Counted from the first letter of the stretch, positions 1 through 9,120 are shown. The stretch is 58,932 nucleotides of DNA from a bacterium (GCA_046759165.1 JBHIBS010000003.1:1-58932); one strand, 5' to 3'. Made by a program: numbers and translations. The notes: generated by a model not told the origin, from the letters alone.

Positions 1-816
1 CATTCTTGTTTCTGAGATTTGCTGAGTGACTTTCTCTCCTGGAAGATGCCCGCCAATTCCAGGTTTTGCTCCCTGGCCAATTTTGATTTCAATCGCCGCT
101 GCCACATCTAAGTAATCGCTGTGTACCCCGAAACGTCCCGAAGCCACTTGAACAATCGTATTTTTACCAAATTGATAAAGGTCTTGATGCAAACCCCCTT
201 CTCCAGTATTATAATAAATACCAAGAGTCTGTGCTGCTTGGGCCAAAGCTAAACATACATTATAACTAATTGAGCCATAAGACATTGCTGAAAACATAAT
301 TGGTGTTTCCAATTCTAATTGAGGCGCCATTTTTGTCTTTAGCTGAAATTTCCTTTTATTATCTCTTTCGACTTCTAATTTTTCTGGTTTAGACCCTAAA
401 TAGGCTTTCAATTCCATCGGTTCCCGTAAGGGGTCAATTGAGGGATTAGTAACCTGACTAGCATCTAATAACAGTTTATCCCAGTAGATCGGATATTCTT
501 TATCGCAACCCATCCCGGATAATAACACACCACCGACTTCAGATTGTTTGAAAATATCCCGAATAACGTTACTGCGCCAGTTATAATTTCTTCGGAATTC
601 CTGAAGGTAAGGAGAAACTACCAGTGCTTGAGTGGGACAAAGTGTAGCACAACGATGGCAGCCAACGCATTTAAAACTATCGCTGATTACTCTATTTCCA
701 TCTCTATCATAAGTATGGACTTCAAATCCGCATTGCCTCACACAAATCTCACACTGGATACATTTTTCTTCATTTCTAATAATTTGAAACTCTGGGTATA
801 GCAGTGATAATTTCAT
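1..816 (-). CDS. Archaeal-type glutamate synthase FMN-binding subunit with N-terminal 2x[4Fe-4S] ferredoxin domain (partial, runs off window)
   Basis: Manual translation from ATG at 816 (ATGA overlap with upstream stop): MKLSLLYPEF...CIQCEICVRQC...CVGCHRCATLCP...YWDKLLLDASQVTNPSIDPLREPMELK; absent from ORF track because truncated. Confidence 0.85.
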   Translation of the reverse strand, partial: MKLSLLYPEFQIIRNEEKCIQCEICVRQCGFEVHTYDRDGNRVISDSFKCVGCHRCATLCPTQALVVSPYLQEFRRNYNWRSNVIRDIFKQSEVGGVLLSGMGCDKEYPIYWDKLLLDASQVTNPSIDPLREPMELKAYLGSKPEKLEVERDNKRKFQLKTKMAPQLELETPIMFSAMSYGSISYNVCLALAQAAQTLGIYYNTGEGGLHQDLYQFGKNTIVQVASGRFGVHSDYLDVAAAIEIKIGQGAKPGIGGHLPGEKVTQQISETRM

Positions 817-1892
817 CTTAATTCTCCTATTGCTGGCTCACCAGCTTTAGGTGCCCAGATCTTATCTGGCTGATGACAAATTTCACGGATGCCACACTCT
901 TCACTGGATAGATAAAACATATCTCCTTTACGAGCAGCCATCAAGGGTCGTAATTTTATTCTATCATTCAAACCGAGCATCCCTTTTCTGTGGCCAAGAA
1001 TTAAGGAAGAAGGACCGTTAACTAATGCACTGCCATAAGTCATCCGAATTGCTTTATTCAATTCTTTTTCCCCGCCAGACATACGCTCTATTTCTGTCCA
1101 ATGAACTGGCGCCAAGGCACGACAGGCTATCTTCAAAGGCAATTTATGCCGGCGAAGAAGCAAATCAAAAAGATAAAGAATTGATTCAGAATCGGCCTGA
1201 AGCATTAATTTGTATCCGAATCCCTCAAGATACCTCTTATTGATCCCATAAGAAGATATCTCACCGTTATGTATCAAAGCCCAATCCAGAAGACCGAATG
1301 GATGAGCACCTCCCCACCAACCAGGTGTATTAGTAGGAAATCTTCCATGAGCAATCCATAGATAAGCTTCATATTCGTCAATACGATAAAAATTAGCAAT
1401 ATCCTCAGGGAATCCCACTCCTTTAAAAATACCCATATTCTTGCCACTTGATATCACAAAAGCACCAGAAAATTGGCTGTTAATTTTCATTACCCAACTT
1501 AATACGATGGAGTCTTCACTCATACCATGAAATTCTTTTCTTATTTCCGGCTTAATTTGTAAAAAATAACGGTAAAGAAGCGGACGGTTAATAATTATTT
1601 CTACTGACCAGGTAGGAATAACTTCTGACTTAACAATTTTAAAATAATGTTTTAAATAACTTTCTGTGTCTTCTTTTGCTTTCCGGTTACTATACATTAA
1701 ATGGAAGCAATACTCATCTTTATTCTCTGGATAAATACCGTATGCAGCAAATCCTCCACCAAGACCATTAGCACGCTGGTGCATTATGTTTATCATCTTA
1801 ATAACGGTCTCGCCTTTGACAAGATTTCCGGATTCGTTCAATATGCCACAAAGTGAACAACCGCTAGGAATGCGCGGATCTACCTTATTCAT
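813..1892 (-). CDS. Class II glutamine amidotransferase, glutamate synthase domain-1 subunit
   Basis: N-terminal GCSLCG, RANGLGGGFA, AHGRFPTNTPGWWGGAHPF, HNGEISSYG motifs; coupled to the FMN subunit. Confidence 0.85.
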   Translation of the reverse strand: MNKVDPRIPSGCSLCGILNESGNLVKGETVIKMINIMHQRANGLGGGFAAYGIYPENKDEYCFHLMYSNRKAKEDTESYLKHYFKIVKSEVIPTWSVEIIINRPLLYRYFLQIKPEIRKEFHGMSEDSIVLSWVMKINSQFSGAFVISSGKNMGIFKGVGFPEDIANFYRIDEYEAYLWIAHGRFPTNTPGWWGGAHPFGLLDWALIHNGEISSYGINKRYLEGFGYKLMLQADSESILYLFDLLLRRHKLPLKIACRALAPVHWTEIERMSGGEKELNKAIRMTYGSALVNGPSSLILGHRKGMLGLNDRIKLRPLMAARKGDMFYLSSEECGIREICHQPDKIWAPKAGEPAIGELR

Positions 1893-1899
1893 TATCTAC

Positions 1900-2145
1900 T
1901 TACCCTTTCCGGTACTGCTCGATTTGAATACCCAATTTTTTAATTTTGGAACGTAAAGTGTTTCTATTTATTCCTAAAATGCTCGCTGCCTTGAGTTGAT
2001 TCCCTTTTGTGTTTTGAAGGATTCTTCCAATTAGAGGTTTCTCTATTGAGGATACAAGGAACTTATATAATTTCTCACCTTTCTCCTTCAAAAACAATTC
2101 CTCAATTTCCTCGATCGCTTTTCCTACTGAATTAATTTCTCTCAT
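1900..2145 (-). CDS. Fis/NtrC-type stand-alone helix-turn-helix protein
   Basis: EKPLI...TKGNQLKAASILGINRNTLRSKIKKLGI Fis-family HTH. Confidence 0.85.
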   Translation of the reverse strand: MREINSVGKAIEEIEELFLKEKGEKLYKFLVSSIEKPLIGRILQNTKGNQLKAASILGINRNTLRSKIKKLGIQIEQYRKG

Positions 2146-2158
2146 TATTCAAAAGTTT

Positions 2159-2177
2159 TTGCCTAAATTTTAGGCAA
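2159..2177. promoter_or_regulatory. Palindromic operator candidate (TGC-N11-GCA)
   Basis: TTGCCTAAA-T-TTTAGGCAA perfect inverted repeat 13 bp upstream of the Fis-like gene. Confidence 0.5.
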
Positions 2178-2214
2178 CCCTAAATAAAAAAATTTATTTA
2201 CGGCAATCCAGAAA

Positions 2215-3648
2215 TCAAATATCAAAATACAAATAGAACTCATAAGGATGAGGTCTTATTCTTATAGCATCGATTTCTCTGGTTTTCTTATATTCGATCC
2301 AAACGTCAATTACGTCCTGAGTGAAAACTCCACCTTTAAGTAAAAATTCCTGGTCTTTTCCTAACGCATCAATCGCCTCTTCTAAAGAACCAGGTACAGT
2401 GGGTATTTTTTTAAGTTCTTCTTTACTCAATTCATAAGAATCCTTATCCACCGGTTCCCCCGGGTCGATCTTGTTTTGAATACCATCTAAACCCGCCATA
2501 AGCATTGCCGCAAAGGCAAGATAAGGATTACACGAATTATCTGGTGGTCTGAACTCAATCCTCTTAGTCTGAGGATTTTCAGTATAAACTGGAATACGAA
2601 TCCCTGCGCTACGGTTTCTCTGAGAATAGATAAGATTCACCGGTGCCTCAAAACCAGGAACTAACCGTTTATAGGAATTCGTTGTCGGTGCACAGAAAGC
2701 CATCAAAGCCTGTCCATGCTTTATCAAACCACCAATAAAATATTTTGCCATCTGGGAAATCAAGGCATATCCTTTTGCATCAAAAAATATATTCTTTCCC
2801 TCTTTCCATAAACTTATATGAGTATGCATCCCTGAACCATTATCTTTGAAGATAGGCTTGGGCATAAAAGTAGCTACCTTAGCATGTTTGCGAGCAATAT
2901 TTTTCACAATATACTTATACATCAAACATTTATCCCCCATTCTAGTAAGAGTATCAAATTTCATATCAATCTCACCTTGTCCAGCAGTAGCTACTTCATG
3001 ATGATGAACTTCAATTGGTATACCCGACTTAATCATTGTCAAGATTATTTCACTCCTCAAGTCCTGTTGAGAATCATGCGGAGGAACTGGAAAATACCCT
3101 TCTTTATAACGCGGTTTGTATCCTAAATTAGGTTTCTCATCTCTCCCTGAATTCCACTCTCCTTCTATTGAATCAATAAAATAGTACCCAGCATTTTCGG
3201 TTTGGTTGAATCTTATATCATCAAAGATAAAGAATTCCATTTCCGGTCCCCAGTAGCTTTTATCAGCAATTCCAGTAGACTTTAGATATTCTTCTGCCTT
3301 TTCAGCAATATAGCGGGGGTCACGCGTATAAGGTTTTTTGGCAAGCGGATTATAGATATTACAAATCATACTCAAAGTAGGAATTTCACATGCAGGGTCT
3401 ATGACTGCGGTCTCTGGATGGGGAATTAAAATCATATCGCTTTCCTGAATTTTCTGGAACCCCCTGATACTTGACCCATCAAAACCCACCCCTTCTTCCC
3501 AGATGCCTTTTGTAGGGTCATCGATTTCGGTCAACTCCGAAACCGGCATAGAAAAATGCTGCCACAAACCCGGTAGGTCATTAAACTTCAAATCCACAAT
3601 CTTAATCTTATTTTCCTTAATGAACTTCAAAACTTCTTCTGCCTTCAT
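2215..3648 (-). CDS. glnA: Glutamine synthetase type I
   Basis: FDGSSIRGFQ, HHHEVATAGQGEI, FMPKPIFKDNGSGMHTH, NSYKRLVPGFEAP, RIEFRPPD motifs. Confidence 0.97.
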   Translation of the reverse strand: MKAEEVLKFIKENKIKIVDLKFNDLPGLWQHFSMPVSELTEIDDPTKGIWEEGVGFDGSSIRGFQKIQESDMILIPHPETAVIDPACEIPTLSMICNIYNPLAKKPYTRDPRYIAEKAEEYLKSTGIADKSYWGPEMEFFIFDDIRFNQTENAGYYFIDSIEGEWNSGRDEKPNLGYKPRYKEGYFPVPPHDSQQDLRSEIILTMIKSGIPIEVHHHEVATAGQGEIDMKFDTLTRMGDKCLMYKYIVKNIARKHAKVATFMPKPIFKDNGSGMHTHISLWKEGKNIFFDAKGYALISQMAKYFIGGLIKHGQALMAFCAPTTNSYKRLVPGFEAPVNLIYSQRNRSAGIRIPVYTENPQTKRIEFRPPDNSCNPYLAFAAMLMAGLDGIQNKIDPGEPVDKDSYELSKEELKKIPTVPGSLEEAIDALGKDQEFLLKGGVFTQDVIDVWIEYKKTREIDAIRIRPHPYEFYLYFDI

Positions 3649-3676
3649 TGCTTCCTCCTTTTCTTTTTCTGTTCAT

Positions 3677-4018
3677 CTATCCTATTGCTTTACCTCCTCT
3701 TTCTTCGGTTCTGATTCTGATACATTCTGGTAAATCTAATATGAATATCTTCCCGTCGCCGATATTCCCAGTTTTAGCACCGTTCATAATAGCCTTTATG
3801 GTAGGCTCAACAAAATCTTCATTAACCGCAATCTCAAGCCTTACCTTTTTGAGTAAGTTTACTTCCTCTATCACTCCTCGGTAAGTCTCAGTATATCCTT
3901 TCTGTTCGCCACATCCTAAAGCATTCGTAACCGTCATTTTGTAAACCTGGGCCTCAAACAGGGCACGCTTTACATCAGGGAGTTTGTAAGGTTGTATCAT
4001 TGCCATAATTAATTTCAT
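3677..4018 (-). CDS. glnK: P-II nitrogen regulatory protein
   Basis: [15 protein letters not shown]-loop, [18 protein letters not shown]; adjacent to amt; ATG at 4018 after GAGGAGG. Confidence 0.9.
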   Translation of the reverse strand: MKLIMAMIQPYKLPDVKRALFEAQVYKMTVTNALGCGEQKGYTETYRGVIEEVNLLKKVRLEIAVNEDFVEPTIKAIMNGAKTGNIGDGKIFILDLPECIRIRTEERGGKAIG

Positions 4019-4030
4019 GTTACCTCCTCG

Positions 4031-4112
4031 TGTCATTGCAAGGGTAGTGGAAGTCCCGATTTATCGGGACCGCGGTCGAGATCCCTCGCCCACGCTCGGG
4101 ACAAGCCTCGCA
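4031..4112. repeat. Short palindromic REP-like element
   Basis: GTCCCGAT-TT-ATCGGGAC palindrome; GTCATTGC end shared with the elements at about 46.3 and 48.7 kb. Confidence 0.5.
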
Positions 4113-4113
4113 T

Positions 4114-5403
4114 CTATTGCGTCGTAAATATCTGGAATCCAGCATAGGATTCCATTCCATGCTCCCCAACATCCAACCCTTTTAATTCTTCGTCTCTGGC
4201 TACTCTTAAGCCGATAATACTCTCGATGAATTTAAACATAAGATACATAGCGCTGATGACAAACAAGGTGACCGTGAATGTACCCAAAGCCTGAACACCA
4301 ACTTGAGTCATTCCTCCACCGTGTAGCAATCCGTCACGAGCAAGACCTAAAGCCTTTTGTCCAAAAATACCAACAGACAAAGTACCCCAGATTCCATTTA
4401 TCCCGTGCACCGGGACAGCACCCACCGGATCATCCACGTGAATCCTATCGAGGAACATAATTCCGCTAACCACAATAATTCCTCCTACCGCTCCGATAAG
4501 AATAGCCTCTCCAGGGAAGACAAAGGCACAAGGTGCTGTGATAGCAACTAATCCTGCTAATGCTCCATTCATAGTCATAGAAAGATCAGGTTTTCTAAAT
4601 TTAGACCAGGCAAAGAACATAGCAGTTATTGCACCGCTTGCAGCAGCAAGATTTGTATTTATAGCCACACGAGCAATCAGACTTCCATCACTAACTCCGA
4701 GGGTAGACCCGGGGTTAAAACCAAACCAGCCAAACCACAAGAGGAAAATTCCTAACGAGGCGAGAGGCATAGAATGTCCAGCAATTGCTTTAGCTGAGCC
4801 GTCTGGATTATACTTGCCTATCCTGGGCCCAAGGATAACAGTGCCAATAAAAGCAGCCCAGCCACCCACAGCATGAACAACAGTTGATCCAGCAAAATCA
4901 GCAAAATCTAACCCTGCTAACCAGCCGCCACCCCAAATCCAGTGCCCCACTATTGGATACACAAGAGCAGAGATGAGGAAAGAATAAAGGAGATAAGCCT
5001 GGAATTTCATTCTTTCGGCCATCCCACCAGCAACGATTGTAGCAGCTGTGCCACAGAAAACAGCCTGAAATAACCAGTAAGCATAAAGAGGAAGTCCAGC
5101 TCCTGATTCTGCGCCAGAAAGAAACCAGCCTTTAGTGCCAAAAAGTGCATTTCCTGAACCGAACATAATGGCATAACCAAACATAAAGAAACCAAGAGAC
5201 GCCGTACAGAAATCCATCAAGTTCTTCATGAGGATATTACATGTGTTCTTGGCTCGAATAAGCCCTGCTTCAAGCATTCCAAAACCAGCTTGCATTAAAA
5301 AGACTAAAAACGCTGCAATCAGAACCCAGACAGTATTTAATCCCTTCGCTAAATTTGCTAATTGACCAATGTCTTCCATATTTTCTATACTTTGCCCTCG
5401 CAA
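4114..5403 (-). CDS. amtB: Ammonium transporter
   Basis: FLMQAGFGMLEAG, DFAGSTVVHAVGG, LWFGWFGFNPGS, DDPVGAVPVHG; true start may be ATG 5379. Confidence 0.95.
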   Translation of the reverse strand: MRGQSIENMEDIGQLANLAKGLNTVWVLIAAFLVFLMQAGFGMLEAGLIRAKNTCNILMKNLMDFCTASLGFFMFGYAIMFGSGNALFGTKGWFLSGAESGAGLPLYAYWLFQAVFCGTAATIVAGGMAERMKFQAYLLYSFLISALVYPIVGHWIWGGGWLAGLDFADFAGSTVVHAVGGWAAFIGTVILGPRIGKYNPDGSAKAIAGHSMPLASLGIFLLWFGWFGFNPGSTLGVSDGSLIARVAINTNLAAASGAITAMFFAWSKFRKPDLSMTMNGALAGLVAITAPCAFVFPGEAILIGAVGGIIVVSGIMFLDRIHVDDPVGAVPVHGINGIWGTLSVGIFGQKALGLARDGLLHGGGMTQVGVQALGTFTVTLFVISAMYLMFKFIESIIGLRVARDEELKGLDVGEHGMESYAGFQIFTTQ

Positions 5404-5657
5404 AATCGTCTTAAGTAATCTAAATTGTGATATAAGATATCGTACTTTTCCATCAATTCGGGTGACTCACCACAAATCTCACACAGTCCTTCCATTTCCC
5501 CTAAAGTCTTCAGTGCGCTTACAACGAGACTCCTCGCCACTGCTTTGAACATATCTAATTCACTCATCTTTGATTTCTTCTTTTTCTCCTCCGCTACATT
5601 GTTAAGAGCCTCATCAATTACTTTTTTAAGCCACTCATTTTTGTCGCTCTCAGACAT
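5385..5657 (-). CDS. Hypothetical 90-aa protein
   Basis: Fills the gap between the C26 gene and amt, GAGGA RBS, helical charged sequence with one CxxC. Confidence 0.6.
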   Translation of the reverse strand: MSESDKNEWLKKVIDEALNNVAEEKKKKSKMSELDMFKAVARSLVVSALKTLGEMEGLCEICGESPELMEKYDILYHNLDYLRRFCEGKV

Positions 5658-5672
5658 TGACTATTTCCTCGT

Positions 5673-6401
5673 TTATTCCCTTTGGGATTTAAGCAAACGA
5701 TATTCTCTCGCTGCACTTACAAAAGCGGTGAACAGAGGTTTTATCTCTGGGTGTTCTTCCCACATCTCTTCAGGATGGAACTGAACTCCCACAACAAAAT
5801 GATCGTCTTTCTTCTCAATCCCCTCAATTGCTCCATCTTCTGCCCAGGCAGAAATCTTAAAATCAGAGGGCAAATCCTTGATTGCTTGGTGATGGTGGCT
5901 ATTTACAGCCAATAATTCCATATCAAATATATCCATTAACTTAGTATGATTTTCAAAAAAGATAAGATGTAACGATTCTGAATCCTGCTTATCTGGCCTA
6001 TGTTGAACTTTCTGGTTAGGAATGTCCTGATAGAGTGTGCCTCCACAAGCTACAGTCAGTAGCTGATGTCCTCGACAGATGCCTAATATTGGAACATTTT
6101 TCTCTAAAGCCCACTTAATCAACTTCATCTCCATTTTATCTTTTTCCTTATCCGGCTTACCACAAGAATGCTCAGGTTTTTCTCCGTACAACTTAGGGTC
6201 AACGTCTGCATCCCCATTCACAAGAAGTCCATCAAGAATAGAACACATTACTTGGTACATTCCATCGTTCCTGATCAATGGTAAAAGCAAAGGAAGCCCT
6301 CCAGCAGTCTCGATAGCTCCTGCGTAAGCACGAGGGACACCATCGTATATTTCTTCATTTTCCATCTTTGTTCGTGAGGTGATACCTATTAGTGGATTCA
6401 T
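5673..6401 (-). CDS. Gamma-glutamyl-GABA hydrolase / peptidase C26 family glutamine amidotransferase
   Basis: PILGICRGHQLL, VNSHHHQAI, GVQFHPE class I GATase triad motifs. Confidence 0.9.
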   Translation of the reverse strand: MNPLIGITSRTKMENEEIYDGVPRAYAGAIETAGGLPLLLPLIRNDGMYQVMCSILDGLLVNGDADVDPKLYGEKPEHSCGKPDKEKDKMEMKLIKWALEKNVPILGICRGHQLLTVACGGTLYQDIPNQKVQHRPDKQDSESLHLIFFENHTKLMDIFDMELLAVNSHHHQAIKDLPSDFKISAWAEDGAIEGIEKKDDHFVVGVQFHPEEMWEEHPEIKPLFTAFVSAAREYRLLKSQRE

Positions 6402-6408
6402 TGCCCAT

Positions 6409-6516
6409 AAAATAAAAAAGCGTTCTATCCATCAGTGGTTAACCCCACCCATTAACGATGGGCGTAGGTAAATAGAACGCCTAAGTCCTTTTGCTATACT
6501 GACCCCTCAACGGGTC
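6409..6516 (-). promoter_or_regulatory. ANTAR-type dual-hairpin leader with overlapping terminator
   Basis: RNA GACCC-GUUGAG-GGGUC (6501-6516), 12-nt linker, GGAC-UUAGGC-GUUC (6475-6488) overlapping terminator GCGUUCUAUUUA...UGGAUAGAACGC-UUUUUUAUUUU. Confidence 0.75.
6441..6473. repeat. 33-bp palindromic element in the terminator loop
   Basis: 26/33 identical to 7016-7048. Confidence 0.6.
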
Positions 6517-6582
6517 TGATCCGTCTCTATCTCTCTACTTATACAAGTAAAAAAAGGGCAATTTTGTTAACTCCTATTTTCC

Positions 6583-7131
6583 TTATTCATCTATTTTATT
6601 GTTCCATTTCTTACAAATATGCTTCTGGATTTTGGATACCCTCACGAAAGAAATATCCAATCTTTTCCCAATTTCTCTCAGCGTATAGCCTTCTAAACAA
6701 AGAGCAAAGACTTCCTTCTCTCTTTTCGTGAGGCCATTTGTCCTCATCTTTTCAATGATTATTTTCCAATTAATCAACTCGGGAAGATGTTGAGAATTAT
6801 CTGGTATTATTTCACCGAGCGTTGTTTCCTCACTATCAATTGGTTCATCAAAACTGATAATTTCACCTTTATCATCAACTGTCCTTAGATAATTCTGAAG
6901 ATGAAACCAGCAACTCTGAAGCAGATAACTCTCAGTCTTTCCTTCAAGTTCGCCTTGTTTCCATTTCTTCCATAAATGAAGGGACATTTCTTGCATTAAA
7001 TCATCTTCATCAATAAACCCTGCCCATCGTTGATGGGCGTGGGTAAATCGTAAGTGTCCATTAACTCGTTTGGCTATTCCCTTAAGTCGAGGGAAAAGTC
7101 CTTCTAAGGACCTTTCAAAATTCACCTCCAT
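6583..7131 (-). CDS. Sigma-70 family (ECF/alternative) RNA polymerase sigma factor
   Basis: Region 2 DEDDLMQEMSLHLW and region 4 LTKREKEVFALCLEGYTLREIGKRLDIS; likely start ATG 7131 or GTG 7125 near AGGAGG rather than 7185. Confidence 0.85.
   Translation of the reverse strand: MEVNFERSLEGLFPRLKGIAKRVNGHLRFTHAHQRWAGFIDEDDLMQEMSLHLWKKWKQGELEGKTESYLLQSCWFHLQNYLRTVDDKGEIISFDEPIDSEETTLGEIIPDNSQHLPELINWKIIIEKMRTNGLTKREKEVFALCLEGYTLREIGKRLDISFVRVSKIQKHICKKWNNKIDE
7016..7048. repeat. 33-bp palindromic element, in frame inside the sigma gene
   Basis: GCCCATC-GTT-GATGGGC core; homologous to 6441-6473. Confidence 0.6.
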
Positions 7132-7183
7132 CACCTCCTGAAAACGGATTTGCACACCATCGTGATGGAGGACTTCCATGTCC
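7125..7183 (-). promoter_or_regulatory. ANTAR-type hairpin overlapping an RBS/start-sequestering stem
   Basis: RNA GGAC-AUGGAA-GUCC (7170-7183); perfect 10-bp stem CCUCCAUCAC/GUGAUGGAGG (7162-7171 with 7125-7134) covering the end of the SD, the spacer and the start region. Confidence 0.6.
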
Positions 7184-7230
7184 ATTCCCTGCCTGCTTTC
7201 CTAGAAGGCAGAGATTTTTCATTGCATTTT

Positions 7231-7266
7231 TTACCCCGTAAGACCTTTGGTCTCTTACGGGGTGAA
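7231..7266. repeat. Palindromic element overlapping the nadE 3' end
   Basis: ACCCCGTAAGA...TCTTACGGGGT 11-bp arms; ends resemble the ACCCCGTTAGA family. Confidence 0.55.
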
Positions 7267-8934
7267 TCTATTGGTGATTGGCATTCTCCTGTCCTTGCCA
7301 AATGCTTTAGGTGTAATCTTTATTCCCGGCGGCGACTGCCGGCGTTTATACTCACTCTTATCAACCATAGTCAAGACTTTATAGGTGGTCTCTTTATCGA
7401 AACCCAAAGAGATAATCTCATTTAAATCTTTATCCTCTTCAATATAAGCCTTCAAAATTGGGTCTAAAGTTTCATAAGTAGGCAATGTATCTCTGTCTTT
7501 CTGCTCGGGTTTAAGTTCGGCAGAGGGCTCTTTTGTTAGCACATGCTCAGGAATAACCAAACCAAGAGAATTCCTGTATCGAGCCAACTTATAAACTAAT
7601 GTTTTAGGTACATCTTTAATTACAGCAAAACCTCCGGCCATATCTCCGTATAGAGTGGCATAACCTGTACTCATTTCCGATTTATTACCCGTGGTTAAAA
7701 CCAGCCAGCCAAATTTATTAGAAAGCGCCATCAAAATATTGCCCCTGATGCGTGCTTGTAAGTTCTCCTCCGTTACATCCCTTTCTAATCCCAAAAAGTG
7801 CGGTTCAAGAATCATTAGGTAAATTTTATATATCTGCTCAATTGAAATATTTATTAATTTTATACCTAAATTTTGTGCCAATTGCCTGGCATCAATTCCG
7901 GATTCTTGCGAAGAATATCGTGAAGGCATAAATACACCGATAACATTTTCCTTGCCTAAAGCATCAACCGCTAAAGTTGCAACAACTGAAGAATCAATCC
8001 CTCCGCTTAAGCCAATAACTGCTTTCTGAAAGCCATTTTTAGTTACATAATCTTTAAGGCCTAAAATCAAAGCCTGATAAATCTCTACAATTGGCTCTAA
8101 TGGTTTAGTTTCTTTTTTAGGTAGCGGAGTTCTATTTTTAGATAATACTTCATCTGTAATCATAATTACTCTTTTTGCTGGTTCGGCCCTACTTGTCGGA
8201 ATATCTAAGTCTACTATTAATAAATCTTCCTTAAATGCTTCTACTGTAGCGATTACCTTGCCATTACTATCCACGACCATACTCTGACCATCAAAAACTA
8301 ATTCGTCTTGTCCACCGACTAAATTGGTATATGCAATAAATACGCCATTATCCTTTGCTTGATTACAAATAATTTCTTCCCTTTCTTTAATTTTGCCTGC
8401 ATGATAAGGCGAGGCACTAATGTTAAGAATTAGTTTTGCTCCAGATAAAACCTGTGATCTTATCGGCCCATCTTGATACCAAATATCTTCGCAAATGTTT
8501 ACGCCCAAGACGAATTCGCCAAATTTAAAAACTAAGGGGTTAATCCCAGATTTGAAATAGCGCTTCTCATCAAAAACACCATAATTAGGTAAAAGCATCT
8601 TGCGGTATATTTCTTTAATCTCGCCATTGTAAATTATAGCACAAGCATTATAGATGTCTTTCTCTTGTCTATCTACAAAACCAACAACAGCTACAATATC
8701 ATTAACAGATTTAATTAATTCTTTTAACTTTTCTAAATTATCTTCAATGAATTTAGGTTTAAGTAAAAGGTCTTCAGGTGGATAACCAGTAATAGCCAGC
8801 TCCGGAAAGGTCACTATATTAATACCCATTGACTTTGCTTCCTCGATGAATTGGCAGATTTTCTGAACATTCCCTTTTAAATCCCCCACCGTGCAATTAA
8901 TTTGAGCCAGACCTATTCTTAGAACCTTTTGCAT
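7255..8934 (-). CDS. nadE: Glutamine-dependent NAD+ synthetase
   Basis: N-terminal nitrilase-like domain ([21 protein letters not shown]) plus [31 protein letters not shown]. Confidence 0.96.
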   Translation of the reverse strand: MQKVLRIGLAQINCTVGDLKGNVQKICQFIEEAKSMGINIVTFPELAITGYPPEDLLLKPKFIEDNLEKLKELIKSVNDIVAVVGFVDRQEKDIYNACAIIYNGEIKEIYRKMLLPNYGVFDEKRYFKSGINPLVFKFGEFVLGVNICEDIWYQDGPIRSQVLSGAKLILNISASPYHAGKIKEREEIICNQAKDNGVFIAYTNLVGGQDELVFDGQSMVVDSNGKVIATVEAFKEDLLIVDLDIPTSRAEPAKRVIMITDEVLSKNRTPLPKKETKPLEPIVEIYQALILGLKDYVTKNGFQKAVIGLSGGIDSSVVATLAVDALGKENVIGVFMPSRYSSQESGIDARQLAQNLGIKLINISIEQIYKIYLMILEPHFLGLERDVTEENLQARIRGNILMALSNKFGWLVLTTGNKSEMSTGYATLYGDMAGGFAVIKDVPKTLVYKLARYRNSLGLVIPEHVLTKEPSAELKPEQKDRDTLPTYETLDPILKAYIEEDKDLNEIISLGFDKETTYKVLTMVDKSEYKRRQSPPGIKITPKAFGKDRRMPITNRFTP

Positions 8935-8947
8935 CTCATCCTCCTTG

Positions 8948-9046
8948 AAAAAACGCCCTCAATCCCCTTCATTGGAAGAAGAGGACGTCTGGGTCCAAAA
9001 TAAAAATGTCTTCCAGCCCTGCATCGCCAAAAGACATCAATGTCTT
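8948..9046 (-). promoter_or_regulatory. Tandem hairpin/terminator ANTAR-type leader of nadE
   Basis: AAGAC-AUUGAU-GUCUU (9031-9046) overlapping terminator 9006-9037 plus U tract; GGAC-CCAGAC-GUCC (8983-8996) overlapping terminator 8953-8988 plus U tract. Confidence 0.75.
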
Positions 9047-9076
9047 ACTTCAAAAACCTAAATATTTTTTAAATTA

Positions 9077-9104
9077 ATTATAGCAAAACCTTTATTTTTG
9101 TTAA
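9077..9104 (-). promoter_or_regulatory. Sigma70-type promoter candidate for nadE
   Basis: TTAACA-16-TATAAT with TGn extended -10. Confidence 0.55.
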
Positions 9105-9120
9105 TATTTTCTCAAGAAAT

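Noticed and set aside
7132-7185. N-terminal extension of the sigma factor ORF
   Set aside because: Better explained as structured leader; the strong SD lies downstream
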